64,000 bases of DNA, taken from the human T2T-CHM13v2.0 reference genome, Homo sapiens. Below are positions 52,831-64,000 of this stretch, one piece after another. How positions within the stretch are numbered: position 1 is the stretch's first letter; each line of letters opens with the position of its first letter. The stretch is taken from assembly GCF_009914755.1 (NCBI RefSeq), contig NC_060932.1. One strand, given 5' to 3'. Below the pieces are notes generated by a model. The model was not told the origin of the DNA, searched no databases, and saw only the letters and a list, made by a program, of their open reading frames with translations. The translations under genes and the position numbers were made by a program.

Positions 52831-52989
52831 CAAGGAAACCAAGGAAGGACACCAAGTCACACAGAAAGACGCAGTAACTTGCCCTAGTTCACAGAGCTAA
52901 AGATTAGATTTAAATAAGGGGATCTGTCACCAAAGCCCTATGCTTAGCTACTATGTCATTATACCACTGCTCCAATTCAAAAATATAGT

Positions 52990-53850
52990 AAAAGGACACA
53001 TCTCATTGATCAAAGCACGAAAAAGACAAAATATTTAAGAATTATACAAGAAATGTGCAGTCCTACATGAAGAAAACTTTGAATCTCTGTGTAGAAATAT
53101 AAGACTCAAATAAATGGAATTATATACTTAATCTTAAACCGGGCAAATGAATAATATAAACATATCAAGTCAATTATCTCCAAATTTTTACTTAAATTAC
53201 CTCTGATTTGTTCAATTATCTCTACATTTAATCTGATCTCAATTTTAAAAAAACAGGATTATTAGGAGGACTAGACACATTTCTTCTAAAGGAAAAATGT
53301 ATGGGTGGTATCTGGGATATAAACATGCAAGATAAGCCATGAAAAAATATTTAAAAGAATGGCCACAGTAGGGTGGGGAGCATTGCACTGTCACATATTT
53401 TAAAATAATATAAAACTACAGTTATTGAAACACTTTGGGATGTGCACAGGAAGAGAAAGACATATCAATGCAAACACTATTCAGATACATATAGGAATTT
53501 TATATATGATAGAGATAGCATTTTAAAACAATGGGAGAAGGTAGATGATTCAACAAGGAAAGTTGGGACCATTGGTCATCTAGAAGAAACAAAGCTCAAC
53601 CCTCTTCTTTCCTTACAATAAAATAAATTCTAGGTAAATCAAAGATTTTAAAATGGGTTCAGCAATGACAGAAAGCAGCTCAGTGGTTGCCTGGGGCCAG
53701 GGGTGGGAGGCCGAGGAGCACGACCTCTTAGAGGTCATGGAAATACCTTGTATCTTGATTGAGTGGCTGTTACATTTGTCAAACTCATCAGATTGGACAC
53801 TTAAAATCTGTGTATTTTATTATATATAAATTGTATCTCAATAAAGTTTG
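52990..53850 (+). mobile_element. Old L1 ORF2/3' remnants
   Basis: acaagaaatgtgcagtcctacatgaagaaaac...aaataaatgga...; cagtggttgcctggggccaggggtggg...tatctcaataaag. Confidence 0.65.
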
Positions 53851-56734
53851 TTTTAAAACGGGTTCACAAAAGTTCTAGAGGAAAATCTAAGAAATTCTTA
53901 GAGTAAAAAATAAAGGGAATATATACATATGTGTGCTTCTAATTATAAATAAATTTTATAGATGAATTTTTAATAAATGATTACAGTATCTGCCTTTAAG
54001 GAGGATACCAGGCTAAGCAGGAGAATTTCTTTTCATTTTGCTCCCTTTCATACTATTTATACGTTTTACTCTGTGCACTTATTACTTTTTCAATGACAAA
54101 AAAGTATTAACAAAAGGAAGCTCATAAATCAAAGATTAAGTTCATTTTTTAAGTTATAATAGTACTCAACAGAAAATCTAATATAATAAGTTTTCTGTAA
54201 TAACATAGAGGTGGAGAAGCAAAGGAGATGAAGGAGAATATAAATAATTAACATCTTATCTTTTATAATGAGGTGTCAGTTGGGAGTTAAAGTGGATATA
54301 TAGAGAAATAGAAGAATATATGCAGAAAAACAGGAAAAATTAAAAGGAATTATTCTACTAAGGAAGCCAGAGGTAGGAAGGAGTAGAGTTGTATCATTTA
54401 AAAAATTACCTTAATGTAATTTTGGTAGCTTCCAAGAACACTACCAGGCAAGCTATACCAGAGGTCATGGAACAGAAAGACTCACAGAGCAAACTAAAAC
54501 TACTTAAAACTCACAGCCAGAAGCAAGAAGCAGGGAATGGAGTAGGTTAACACCTTGGCTCTGCAGAGAGAAAAGACAGGCATATAACCTTCCATGTGTG
54601 GCCGGAGATCAGGTACTGCCTCCCTCTCTGCAGTATGGTTCATTTTCACTGATGGGGTAGCTATGAGGACCAGAACTGAGGTTGGAGGAAGGGGGCCCAA
54701 CAGACAGAAGTGTCTGGAGCTGACACACACTCTTGTTCAAACGGAGCAATGCAGGCACATGGATAGCTGGCCATGGCTGGATCTCACCACCCAGCCTGCT
54801 GACCAGAATTTTATTGGCATTTCTACATATAGCACATCTGGGGCCAGAAAGGCAGTGTACTGGGTGTTCCAGTGGGTGTCACTTCTGTTTGTCCCATTCT
54901 TTTTACCATAAACTATGTTTTATGGGTTACGAACTTACTATCAATTGAACACATCTTACGAATTTTGCCTACATCTCACAATCTACTTGCTTACTTGGTA
55001 TCTACATCTAACCCTTCTAAGTTTTATCTATTCTATTTGTTTTCTTTTTTATAGCAGAATTGAAAATTCTCAAATAATAGAGCAAATATACAAATATAAG
55101 TGGAAGACTTTCATTTTTCATCTTTTTTTCATTTTTAAAAAATTTTTGTGGGTACATAGTAGATGTATGTATTTATGGCCTACATTAGATGTATCGTCAT
55201 TTTTTATCTTATTACCCTTTAAAAATAAAGTTATAATATGCTTGAAATACTCTTAAAATACTAATAAGTTAAAAGTGAAAATGAAAAACCGTCTACACCT
55301 ATATCCATGCATGATTATAAAAGTGTATCCTTTATTAATAGTTTTATATGTAAGTATTAATGCATTCCTTCATGTTCTAAACATTTCGTAGCTGAGAGTT
55401 TTCATTGTATAAATCACCAAGTAGACCATGAGCAGGGAATACAGGGCAGCAGCTAAGACTTCAGTCCTTGAGACCAGATACATATGGGCTTGAATCTTGG
55501 CTGTGTAACCCAGGCAAGTTACTAAAAGTCTGTACCCAGTTTTCCCATCTGTAAGGTGGAAAAAATAAGTACTACTTCCTAGGGTGACTGTGAGAAGGAA
55601 ATTAAATAAAACATATAAAATGCTTAGCACACCATCTGGAACACTATATAAGTTATCTCCTATTATCATCATTACACTGAGGGTGAGATCACAACTTACA
55701 TTTCATGTCCCTACAAAGGGTTTAGTATTCAGCAGACTCAGTAAAATCTTAGTGAATTGAATCTGCTGTAGCTACTGTAGAGAAAAAAGGGGGGCAGGGG
55801 CAGACCTAAGTAAAAACAGTCAAAATGTTTAAGGGAAAACAGTTAAGGAAAATAATCCTAGCTAATATGAACCAGCTACTAAGACTTGCAAAATACCTAA
55901 GAATTTCCCAACAACTGGTCCCTTATGAAAAGTTTTTTGTTCCTTAGGAAGATTGTATTTAATTACTTTGATTTTGGTCCCAGGTCTTAGCAACATTCTT
56001 CTGGCATTCCATGAGGCTCTAGGGCAGACAAGTTAAAACACAGCCCTCTAGAATTTTTGTTCTTCCCCCAAAGGAAATCCAGCAGTGGCTGCTCACTATT
56101 ATTCAGAGTTTTTTAAAGAAGAGATTGTTTAAGGGATAATTCTTGGCTTTGTAAACAACCCCCAAACAGTGGAAGCAGAGTCTGGCTTGTGTCTGGAGCC
56201 AGTTAAGTAAGGAATCAGTGCTAAGACTGGGAGAATCCCTGGGGCGACTGGTCAACCTTTGCCTTCCAGAATGACCAACCTTTAACTCCTGGGAGAGATG
56301 GTTGTCTCTGTAAACCCAGATGTTGACCAATCCAGACAAAAACATATGGGGCTTGAATTCAGCGGATGTAAATTCTAATCCTAGTTCAAGCACCCAAAGT
56401 GTCTGAGCATTTTCAATGAATCATTGTTCATTCATTCATTCATTCAATAATTGTTGTTCACCAAACATGCTAAGTACCGGAAATACAAAGCTGAATAAAA
56501 ATAGTTATCTGTAGATCATATGAACATGAGTGCATAGATAGATATAGATGGAGAGGAAGGCAGTATCTGATCCTGGGCCACACAGGGAAGGTTATATGCC
56601 TGTCTTTCTCCCTACAGACACAAGGTGTTAATCTACTCCATCCCCTGCCTCTTGCTTCTGGCTGTGAGTTTTAAGATATAATGTAAGATGACAGCTTTTT
56701 CTAACATGTGAGAATTAAGTGGTATAAAAGATAT

Positions 56735-57110
56735 TGTTGTAGTCTATTCAGGCTGCTATAGCAAAATACCATAGATCAGGTGGTGAACAACATCAGGTGG
56801 TGAATGACAAATATTTCTCACAGTTCTGGAGGCTGGGAATTCCAAGATCAAGGCACTGGCAGGTTCAGTGTCTAGTAAGGGCTCACTTCCTGATTCATAG
56901 ATGGCACCTTCTTGCTGTGTCCTCACATGGCGGAAGGTGGAAGGGGTCTCCCTGGGGCCTCTTTTATAAGGGCAGCATTTCATTCATGAGGATTCCGCCT
57001 TCATAATCTCATCAATTCCCAAAGCTCCAGCTCCTAATACCATCACATTGGAGATTATATTTCAATGTATGAAGAGGGAGAGGGGGTACAAAAACATTGA
57101 GACCACAGCA
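56735..57110 (-). mobile_element. MaLR solo LTR (MLT1A/MST-like)
   Basis: tgttgtagtctattcaggctgctatagcaaaatacc...cacagttctggaggctgggaattccaagatcaagg...gaccacagca; TSD gatat/gatgt. Confidence 0.88.
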
Positions 57111-57195
57111 GATGTTTTAGGCTTTGCAATTCAAATGATTAAATGAAAATCAGAGAGAGAAAAAGAAGTTCTCTTTTCAGATCCCTTTCAAACCT

Positions 57196-57510
57196 GGCCA
57201 GGCACAGTGGCTCACTCCTGTAATCTCAGCACTTTGGGAGGCCATGGCAGGCGGATCACCTGAGGTCAGGAGTTCGAGATCAGCCTGGCCAACATGGCAA
57301 AACCCCATCTCTATTAAAAATACAAAAATTAGCTGGGCATTGTGGCACACGCCTGTGATCCCAGATGCTCAGGAGGCTGAGGCAAGAGAATCGCTAGAAC
57401 TCAGGAGGCAGAGGCTGCAGTGAGCCAATATCATGCCACTGCACTCCAGCCTGGGTAACAGATCAAGACTCCATCTCAAAAAAAAAAAAAAAAGAAGGAA
57501 AGAAAGAAAG
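57196..57510 (+). mobile_element. Alu (AluS-like)
   Basis: Full dimer with A/GAAA tail. Confidence 0.95.
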
Positions 57511-57519
57511 TGACAGTCA

Positions 57520-57890
57520 ATTTTGCAATAATGAAGACACCATACTGCCTATAAAATGGGTGAAGATTGACCAATGTGTATGGGTATAGGGTAATAGGCA
57601 CCTCAAGGGCTGCTTATAAAAGTGTAATTTGGGTCAATATTTCTGTAGGGCCATTTGAAAATAAATCTCCAAAGCTTCAAAAAATGTTTATATCCTCTGG
57701 CCCAATATACATGCTTATAGGCATTTATCCCAAGGAAACAGAAACATACAAAAATATTTTTTAATATATGAGAATGTTCATTAGAATGCTATTTCTAATG
57801 CTATAAAATTGGAAATAACCTAAATGCCCAACAATAGGAAATGATTAAATAAATTATAGTTTATTAACACAATGAAACAGGATACAGCCA
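57520..57890 (+). mobile_element. Old L1 (L1ME-like) fragment
   Basis: ggcatttatcccaaggaaac...aattggaaataacctaaatgcccaacaatagga...aaataaattatag. Confidence 0.7.
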
Positions 57891-58357
57891 CTTCTTCACA
57901 TACTTTTCTGCCTCTTCCAACCCCATTAAGGTACTCCAATTATAGTTATATTATAGATATATTATAGATCATGTGATATATTATAGATCATGTAATTCAC
58001 TGATACGCAGTTTTTGTGGGTTTTTTCTTTCACTCTTTCTCTGTGTTTCCTAAAGGTGTTAATGCCCTTGCACTTCTAGCCTGCCTGGAACACAGGAAAA
58101 GTGAGCCTTGGCAGCCAAAGCAATTCCTTGGGCAAGCAGATGCAGTGCTTGCGGCTGGGAGTAAGGCAGGCATGAATGGAGATGGTGAGGGCCAGGGGGA
58201 CACAGGCAGAGCACCACCAGCCACTCTTGTCTCCACTCCGCCCTTCCCTAGCTCCAGGTCCCACCTCAGCTTCTGCATCAACTTCACAGACAGTTGAGAT
58301 TCCAAGTGCATCTCCACACCAAGGTAAGGAATCATGACCAGAAAGAGTTTGAGGCAG

Positions 58358-58528
58358 AGCTGCACAATGGTGAGTGCCTATTGTCTCAGCTAGTCAGGAG
58401 GCTGAAGTAAGAGGATCACGTGAGCCCAGGAGTTCGAGGCTGCACTGAACTACGGTCATGCCACTGCACTCTAGCCTGGGTGACAAAACAAGATCCTGTC
58501 TCTTGAAAAATAAATAAATAAATAATAA
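58358..58528 (+). mobile_element. Alu monomer (FRAM/FAM-like)
   Basis: caggaggctgaagtaagaggatcacgtgagcccaggagttcgaggctgcactg...; (TAAA)n tail. Confidence 0.85.
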
Positions 58529-59439
58529 AGAGTTTGGGGCAGGAAGGAATACATCTACAAACCAGGAAGAAAGAGAAAAAGGAGACATTCCTAAGGGTAA
58601 GCTATGTTGTATAAACAAGCCTCACTGTCTTCCACTCCTGTTGAATGATCAGCCACCCGAAGCCTTCTTCATCTTTGTCACTGTCCATCCTATATTGGTC
58701 AGTGAAGCTCATCGGGTTACATCCCAAACTGGACAGGCAAAGACAACATCTAGGAACTGTTTGGACCTGCAATCTAGAGTGGAGAAAGCTAAGATCTGGA
58801 CAAGGTCCAGGCAGCCCACCATCCTGAGCCACACTTCAGGCAAACCAGTAGCCCAGACAAAGTAAAGTATTACAAACACCAGCTTTGGGCTAGGCCCTGG
58901 AGAGCTGAGGCTGCTTAAGTGCTTTCTGCCGAAGCCCAGATATTTGTCTGGGAACAGAGAAACGGGCTGGTGTAAAGTGGGAAAATCAGGACCATAGCTG
59001 GTCCACAAACCATGAGGCAGCTGGGCATGGCAGGGCTGAGGTGTGGGCTGCTGGTGCCCTTGTAGCCAAGTGCTCAGTGTATGTCATCCATACCTGCTGC
59101 TGAACTACATTAAAATTCATTCCTATATGATACCAAAGAAACCCTCCAGGCACCAATCTTGTCTCTCGGAGATTTTCATCATAATGCTCTTGTTTTAAAC
59201 TTGAAGAAGTTCGTGAGCTGGCCATAATTTACTCCTTCAGCCCTCTCTCTCACTTCTCCTCACACAAGCTCTCCATGCTGGGCAAATCCATGTACACACT
59301 GATCTTCCACAAGGGCTTCCATTCCTGCCTCCCAATCATAACCTGCAAAGTTTCACCCCTCACCCAGTCTCTTTCCTTGCTCTGACACCATCCGGCTCCC
59401 ATATGCAAAAGTACACATGCATCCATGCACACACCCCAC

Positions 59440-59923
59440 TGTCAAGAACTATGAAAGGTCTGAGCTTTTGCCCTACTTACAAACTAACAACTTAGATTTT
59501 GCCCTGCTTACAAACGAACATCCATTTCATGGATGCTGGCCAAAGACACAAGACTCCTCGGTCAGGAACAAAGGATTTTATTATTCATGCCAGGCACAGC
59601 AAGCAGCATAAGTGTCACCATATTTGGCACTGGCTCCCCAAGCTCCAGTTCCCACCAGGCAATGTGAAAAGGGTCAGCTGACCCTTGCTCATGTGGTGGG
59701 GTTGCATTACAGGAGAGGACCTCAGTGCTTAGGGAGCCTGAATCTTATACAATGAGCAGTGAGCATGCCTGTCCCTTGTTCTGGAAGGAAATGCTACTGC
59801 TATCCTCCAAGACTGTTCAGTACACAGACATCTTTGAAAAGATAGTACTTAAGAAATAACAGCCAGTGCCCACTTATAAGACATGCAGAAATGCAGAGGC
59901 CCTTGGAGAGACATCTCCCAACC
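59440..59923 (-). mobile_element. LTR (LTR47-like)
   Basis: Minus-strand start gttgggagatgtctctccaagggcctctgcatttctgcatgtc and end ...agttcttgaca; short internal duplication at 59466-59520. Confidence 0.65.
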
Positions 59924-62410
59924 ACCTCCAGAAGATAAAAGTAAACACTGGAGTTGGACTCACTTCTGTTCAAGTTCCAGATCCTCTCTCTCTAGCTGTA
60001 TGATTTTGGACATGTTTCTTAATTTCTCTGAACACATTTTCTCATCTGTAATATAGGTATAATAGCATCCACCATAAAGTTGATGTAGATTGAAATATTC
60101 ATACAATGCGTACCAGAGTGCTTATACCTTGCAAATGCTCACCACATGGCTGCCATCATTATTAGTAGCAGCATCCAGCTGTCCAAATTCCACAAATCTT
60201 TAAAGCCCTGCATGGTTTACCCACTTTGTGGAAACCGTTGCTTCCCTCCCCATGCCACCTACCAACCACAGAAAGCTCAGCCTCCTTGCTAAAGTCTCCT
60301 GCCTCTCCTCTGACAGTTCAGTGAGTTCCAACTGAGGATTGCCCTTGCTCTGTTGTTTTGTCTTGTCGTTTCACCATAAATGTCTGTCATGTCTTCCTAC
60401 CTGGAGTATTCCCTTCTGGAGGGCAGGATTCTGTCTTCTACCTCTCAGTATCACCATAGCATGCAGCATAAGACCTAGTACACACCGCAATAAACACTGA
60501 CAGGGAGATTGCCCAGCCCAAGACAAGCGAAAAATAGTCATTCCTAGGCAACCAGGCCCCTCTCTGCTACACAAAAGAAGTGCATCTATGAAGAGCAGGA
60601 TGGAGGCCATTCTCGGCAGCATGGAGGGTGAAACATGCCTGCAGCCTGAGAGCTGCCAGCCCAGCTCCCTCGCCCCCACACCCTAACTCCCCACCCTGCA
60701 GCCTGACCCTCCATGTGACTCATCACCAGCACTTACATGAGGGGCCTGCCAGAACCCCAGGAAAAGTTGTTCCCTTGGCAAAGGAAGATAAATCCTGCCC
60801 ATGAGGAGGAACTTATTTGAAAAGAACCCGTTGATTCAAAGTCAAAAAAAGTTATCCTCTGGAAAGACAACTTCCAGCCAACTTCTCAATGAAAAGAAAA
60901 CCCCCTCTGATTAAATGCCATGCCTTAGGGTGGCAAAACACATGCACGTCTAACCCTGCCGTAAACTGGCAAGCCAAAGGCATCTTCTGTGGGTATTTTA
61001 GTATTTGGTAACCAACTGACAGCTGATTAAATCCAGGTGTGCATTGCAGTCTTCTCTGGTCAGCAAAGAACAAACAGGCCTTCCCAGCTATGCCCAGCAC
61101 ATCCCCACTTCCAGGGCTGGCCTTGGAGCCACCACACACAGGCTACCACAGGATCTGGGGCTGTGCGTCACGAGGTGCTCATTCTGTCACTTTAAAGCAA
61201 TCACCCTACAGTCATGGGCATTTCTGAGAAGAGCTGGCTCAACGCACAATCCTGACAAATCTGCACCTGGAAAACTCTTTCTTTTTTTTTTTTTTTTAAG
61301 CCGTATTACTGAAAACCAGTGGTAGCAAATGTATTGATGGGGGCTGCTGGGGCCTGAGGTTTTGCACACGAGGTGCTGCAGAGTTGGAGCCCTCACTCTC
61401 CTCCCTTCTCTAAGGTTAGGCAAAAAGGAGCCAGGTACACTCACAGACAGCAGGAGTGCTGCGGGAGAGCGGGGCATGCATGCCTCTCCCCCATGCCCCC
61501 AAGTGGGAAAGGCCTTGTACAGGGTCTCTTGATTCTTTGGTGAAAGGAGAGTGCTCTCACAGGTTGTCCCGTGTGTGCGCGTTTGTAGCCAAATCAGGAG
61601 AAACCACGCAGTGGCCGTTTCAACTCGGAGGCTGCAGCACCACTGTTAGGAAGCTGAGGAAGAGTGGGAGGTTGTTGGAGTCGGGGCACAGGGCCCACAT
61701 CATCCATCTGCCTCATGGATGAGAGGACCCTGGAGTCCAGTTCTAGTTCTGCCTCTAATAAGCTGAGTGACTGGGTCAGGTTGCCTACCTCAGTTAGCTT
61801 TGGATATTTTCCTCACATAAAACTGGGGAATTGAATCTTGTTAATATCATCTCACAGGGCCATTGTGGGGATCAAGTGTATGATGAGTGCTCAGTACAGG
61901 ACTTTGGGTGTGGCAAGGGCTCAGTAAAAGAGTGATTTTTAATCTCCCTCAGATGACTTCATCACAAGATGGCTACCAAGTAGCCTTCAAGGCATGAGTC
62001 CTCTTCCCCAGAGGCTGCAGGAGAGGAATCATCTCTGCTCCTCACCTAGGGCAGACAGCAGGGAGCAGGGAGCAGGGGCAAGGGATGGTTGTTTTCTGGT
62101 CACCACACCCCAGACAAGGACATTCAATGCCCATCACTCTCTCCATCTGATAAAGACCATGGCCCCATGACCACAGCTACTACCACCACCTCCACCCAAG
62201 GAGCCTGGCACCTAAAATCTGGGGGTTCACAGCTTTCTGCTGGAGTGCCTCCACTTTCAAAAAGCTTTTCAGTGAATGCTGTGATGTATTTTAACCAACA
62301 CTTGTTGAGCACCTGCTCTGAGTTTCTATGCCACTGTCATGGGTGCTGCAGGCTACATGAGGTGTGTCTTCCCCAAGCATCTATTTCACTGGGCTGTATT
62401 AATTTAATAT

Positions 62411-62455
62411 TTAGGTTGGTGCAAAAGTAATTGTGGTTTTTGCCATTAAAAGCAA
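62411..62455 (+). mobile_element. Left half of a MADE1 mariner MITE
   Basis: ttaggttggtgcaaaagtaattgtggtttttgccattaaaag matches the Hsmar1/MADE1 TIR. Confidence 0.85.
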
Positions 62456-62467
62456 TTGTGGTTTTCC

Positions 62468-64000
62468 CAGCACAAGACAAGGATGCCCGCTCTCACCACT
62501 CCTATTCAACATAGTATTGGAAGTTCTGGCCAGAGCAATCAGGCAAGAGAAAGAAATAAAGGGTATTCAAATAGGAAGAAAGGAAGTCAAATTGTCTCTG
62601 TTTGCAGGTGACATATATTTAGAAAAGTCCATCATCTCAGTCCAAAAACTCCTTAAGCTGATAAGCAACTTCAGCAAAGTCTCAGGATACAAAATCAATA
62701 GGCAAAAATCACAAGCATTCCTATACACCAACAATAGACAAGCAGAGAGCCAAATCATGAGTGAACTCCCATTCACAATTGCCACAAAGAGAATAAAATA
62801 CCTAGGAATATAACTTACAAGGGACATGAAGGACCACTTCAAAGAGAACTACAAACCACTGCTCAAGGAAATAAGAGAGGAGACAAACAAATGGAAAAAC
62901 ATTCCATGCTCAGGGATAGGAAGAATCAATATCATGAAAATAGCCATACTGCCCAAAGTAATTTATAGATTCAATGCTATTCCCATCAAGCTGCCATTGA
63001 CTTTCTTCACAGAATTTGAAAAAAACTACTTTAAATTTCATATGGAACCAAAAAAGAGCCTGTTTGGCCAAGAAAATCCTAAGCAGAAAGGACAAAGCTG
63101 GAGGCATCAAGCTACCTGTCTTCAAACTATGCTACAAGGCTGCAGTAACCAAAACATTATGGTCCTGCTACCAAACCAATGGAACAGAACAGAGACCTCA
63201 GATATAACACTACACATCTACAACCATCTGATCTTCCACAAACCTGACAAAAACTAGCAATGGGGAAAGGATTCCCTGTTTAATAAATGGTGCTGGGAAA
63301 ACTGGCTAATCATATGCAGAAAACAGAAACTGGGCCCCTTCCTTACACCTTATACAAAAATTAACTCGAGATGGATTAAAGACTTAAATGTAAAACCCAA
63401 AACCATAGAAACCTTAGAAGAAAACCTAGGCAATACCATTCAGGACATAGGCATGGGCAAAGACTTCATGACTAAAACACCAAAAGCAATTGCAATGAAA
63501 GCCAAAATAGCAAATGGAATCTAATCAACCTAAAGAGCTTTGGCACAGCAAAAGAAACTATCATTAAAGTGAACAGGCCACATACAGAATGGGAGAAAAT
63601 TTTTGTAAGCTGCCCATCTGACAAAGGTCTAATATGCAGAATCTACAAGGAACTTAAATGAATTTACAAGAAAAAAACTCCATAAAAAAGCAGGTGAAGG
63701 ATATGAACAGACAATTCTCAAAAGAAGACATTTATGCAGCCAACAAACATATGAAAAAAAGCTCATTATCACCGGTCATTACAGAAATGCAAATCAAAAC
63801 CACGATGAGATACCATCTCACACCAGTTAGAATGGCAATTATTAGAAAGTCAGGCAACAACAGATCCTGGCGAGGCTGTGCAGAAATAGGAACGCTTTTA
63901 CACTGTTGGTGGGAGTGTAAGTTAATTCAACTATTGTGGAAGACAGTGTGGTGATTCCTCAAGGATATAGAACCTGAAAGACCACTTGATCCAGCAATCC
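62468..64000 (+). mobile_element. 5'-truncated L1PA LINE-1 (ORF2 RT region onward, disrupted; runs off the window)
   Basis: [35 protein letters not shown]...KLSLFAGD (FADD catalytic motif mutated); stops and frameshifts at ~62813, ~63010 and ~63257. Confidence 0.95.

Noticed and set aside
57945-57995. Short tandem duplications (also ~34667-34696, ~48401-48443, ~56777-56804)
   Set aside because: Ordinary 12-25-bp slippage duplications with no spacer structure; not CRISPR-like.
62433-63954. Reverse-transcriptase-like ORFs as a novel RT system
   Set aside because: These are fragments of an ordinary 5'-truncated L1 ORF2 with stops, frameshifts and a mutated catalytic motif.

Overview
Primate genomic DNA, almost certainly human (Alu/L1/MaLR-rich). 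The window holds one protein-coding gene, GEM (RGK-family Ras-like GTPase, also called Kir), on the minus strand. GEM has a non-coding exon 1 in a CpG island (~31190-31078, alternative donor at 30963) and four coding exons (29376-29046, 21985-21909, 21096-20892, 19460-19183; 891 nt = 296 aa + stop, all GT-AG with consistent phases). Its AU-rich 3'UTR ends at tandem AATAAA signals near 18140-18150. The promoter has a TATA box, a perfect CRE, kB-like, EGR/SP and M-box motifs. The rest is intergenic or intronic sequence dominated by interspersed repeats, and nearly all other ORFs in the track are spurious. I see no evidence of a new coding system. The most unusual structures are: (i) an inverted, TSD-less copy of an Alu 3' half plus its unique flank that stops exactly at that Alu's predicted Pol III terminator; (ii) an orphan promoter-like/CpG region at 1.9-3.7 kb that reuses the GEM promoter's motif set; (iii) several short local duplications and motif-bearing tandem repeats. 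Repeat subfamily names are recognised from memory and need RepeatMasker confirmation.
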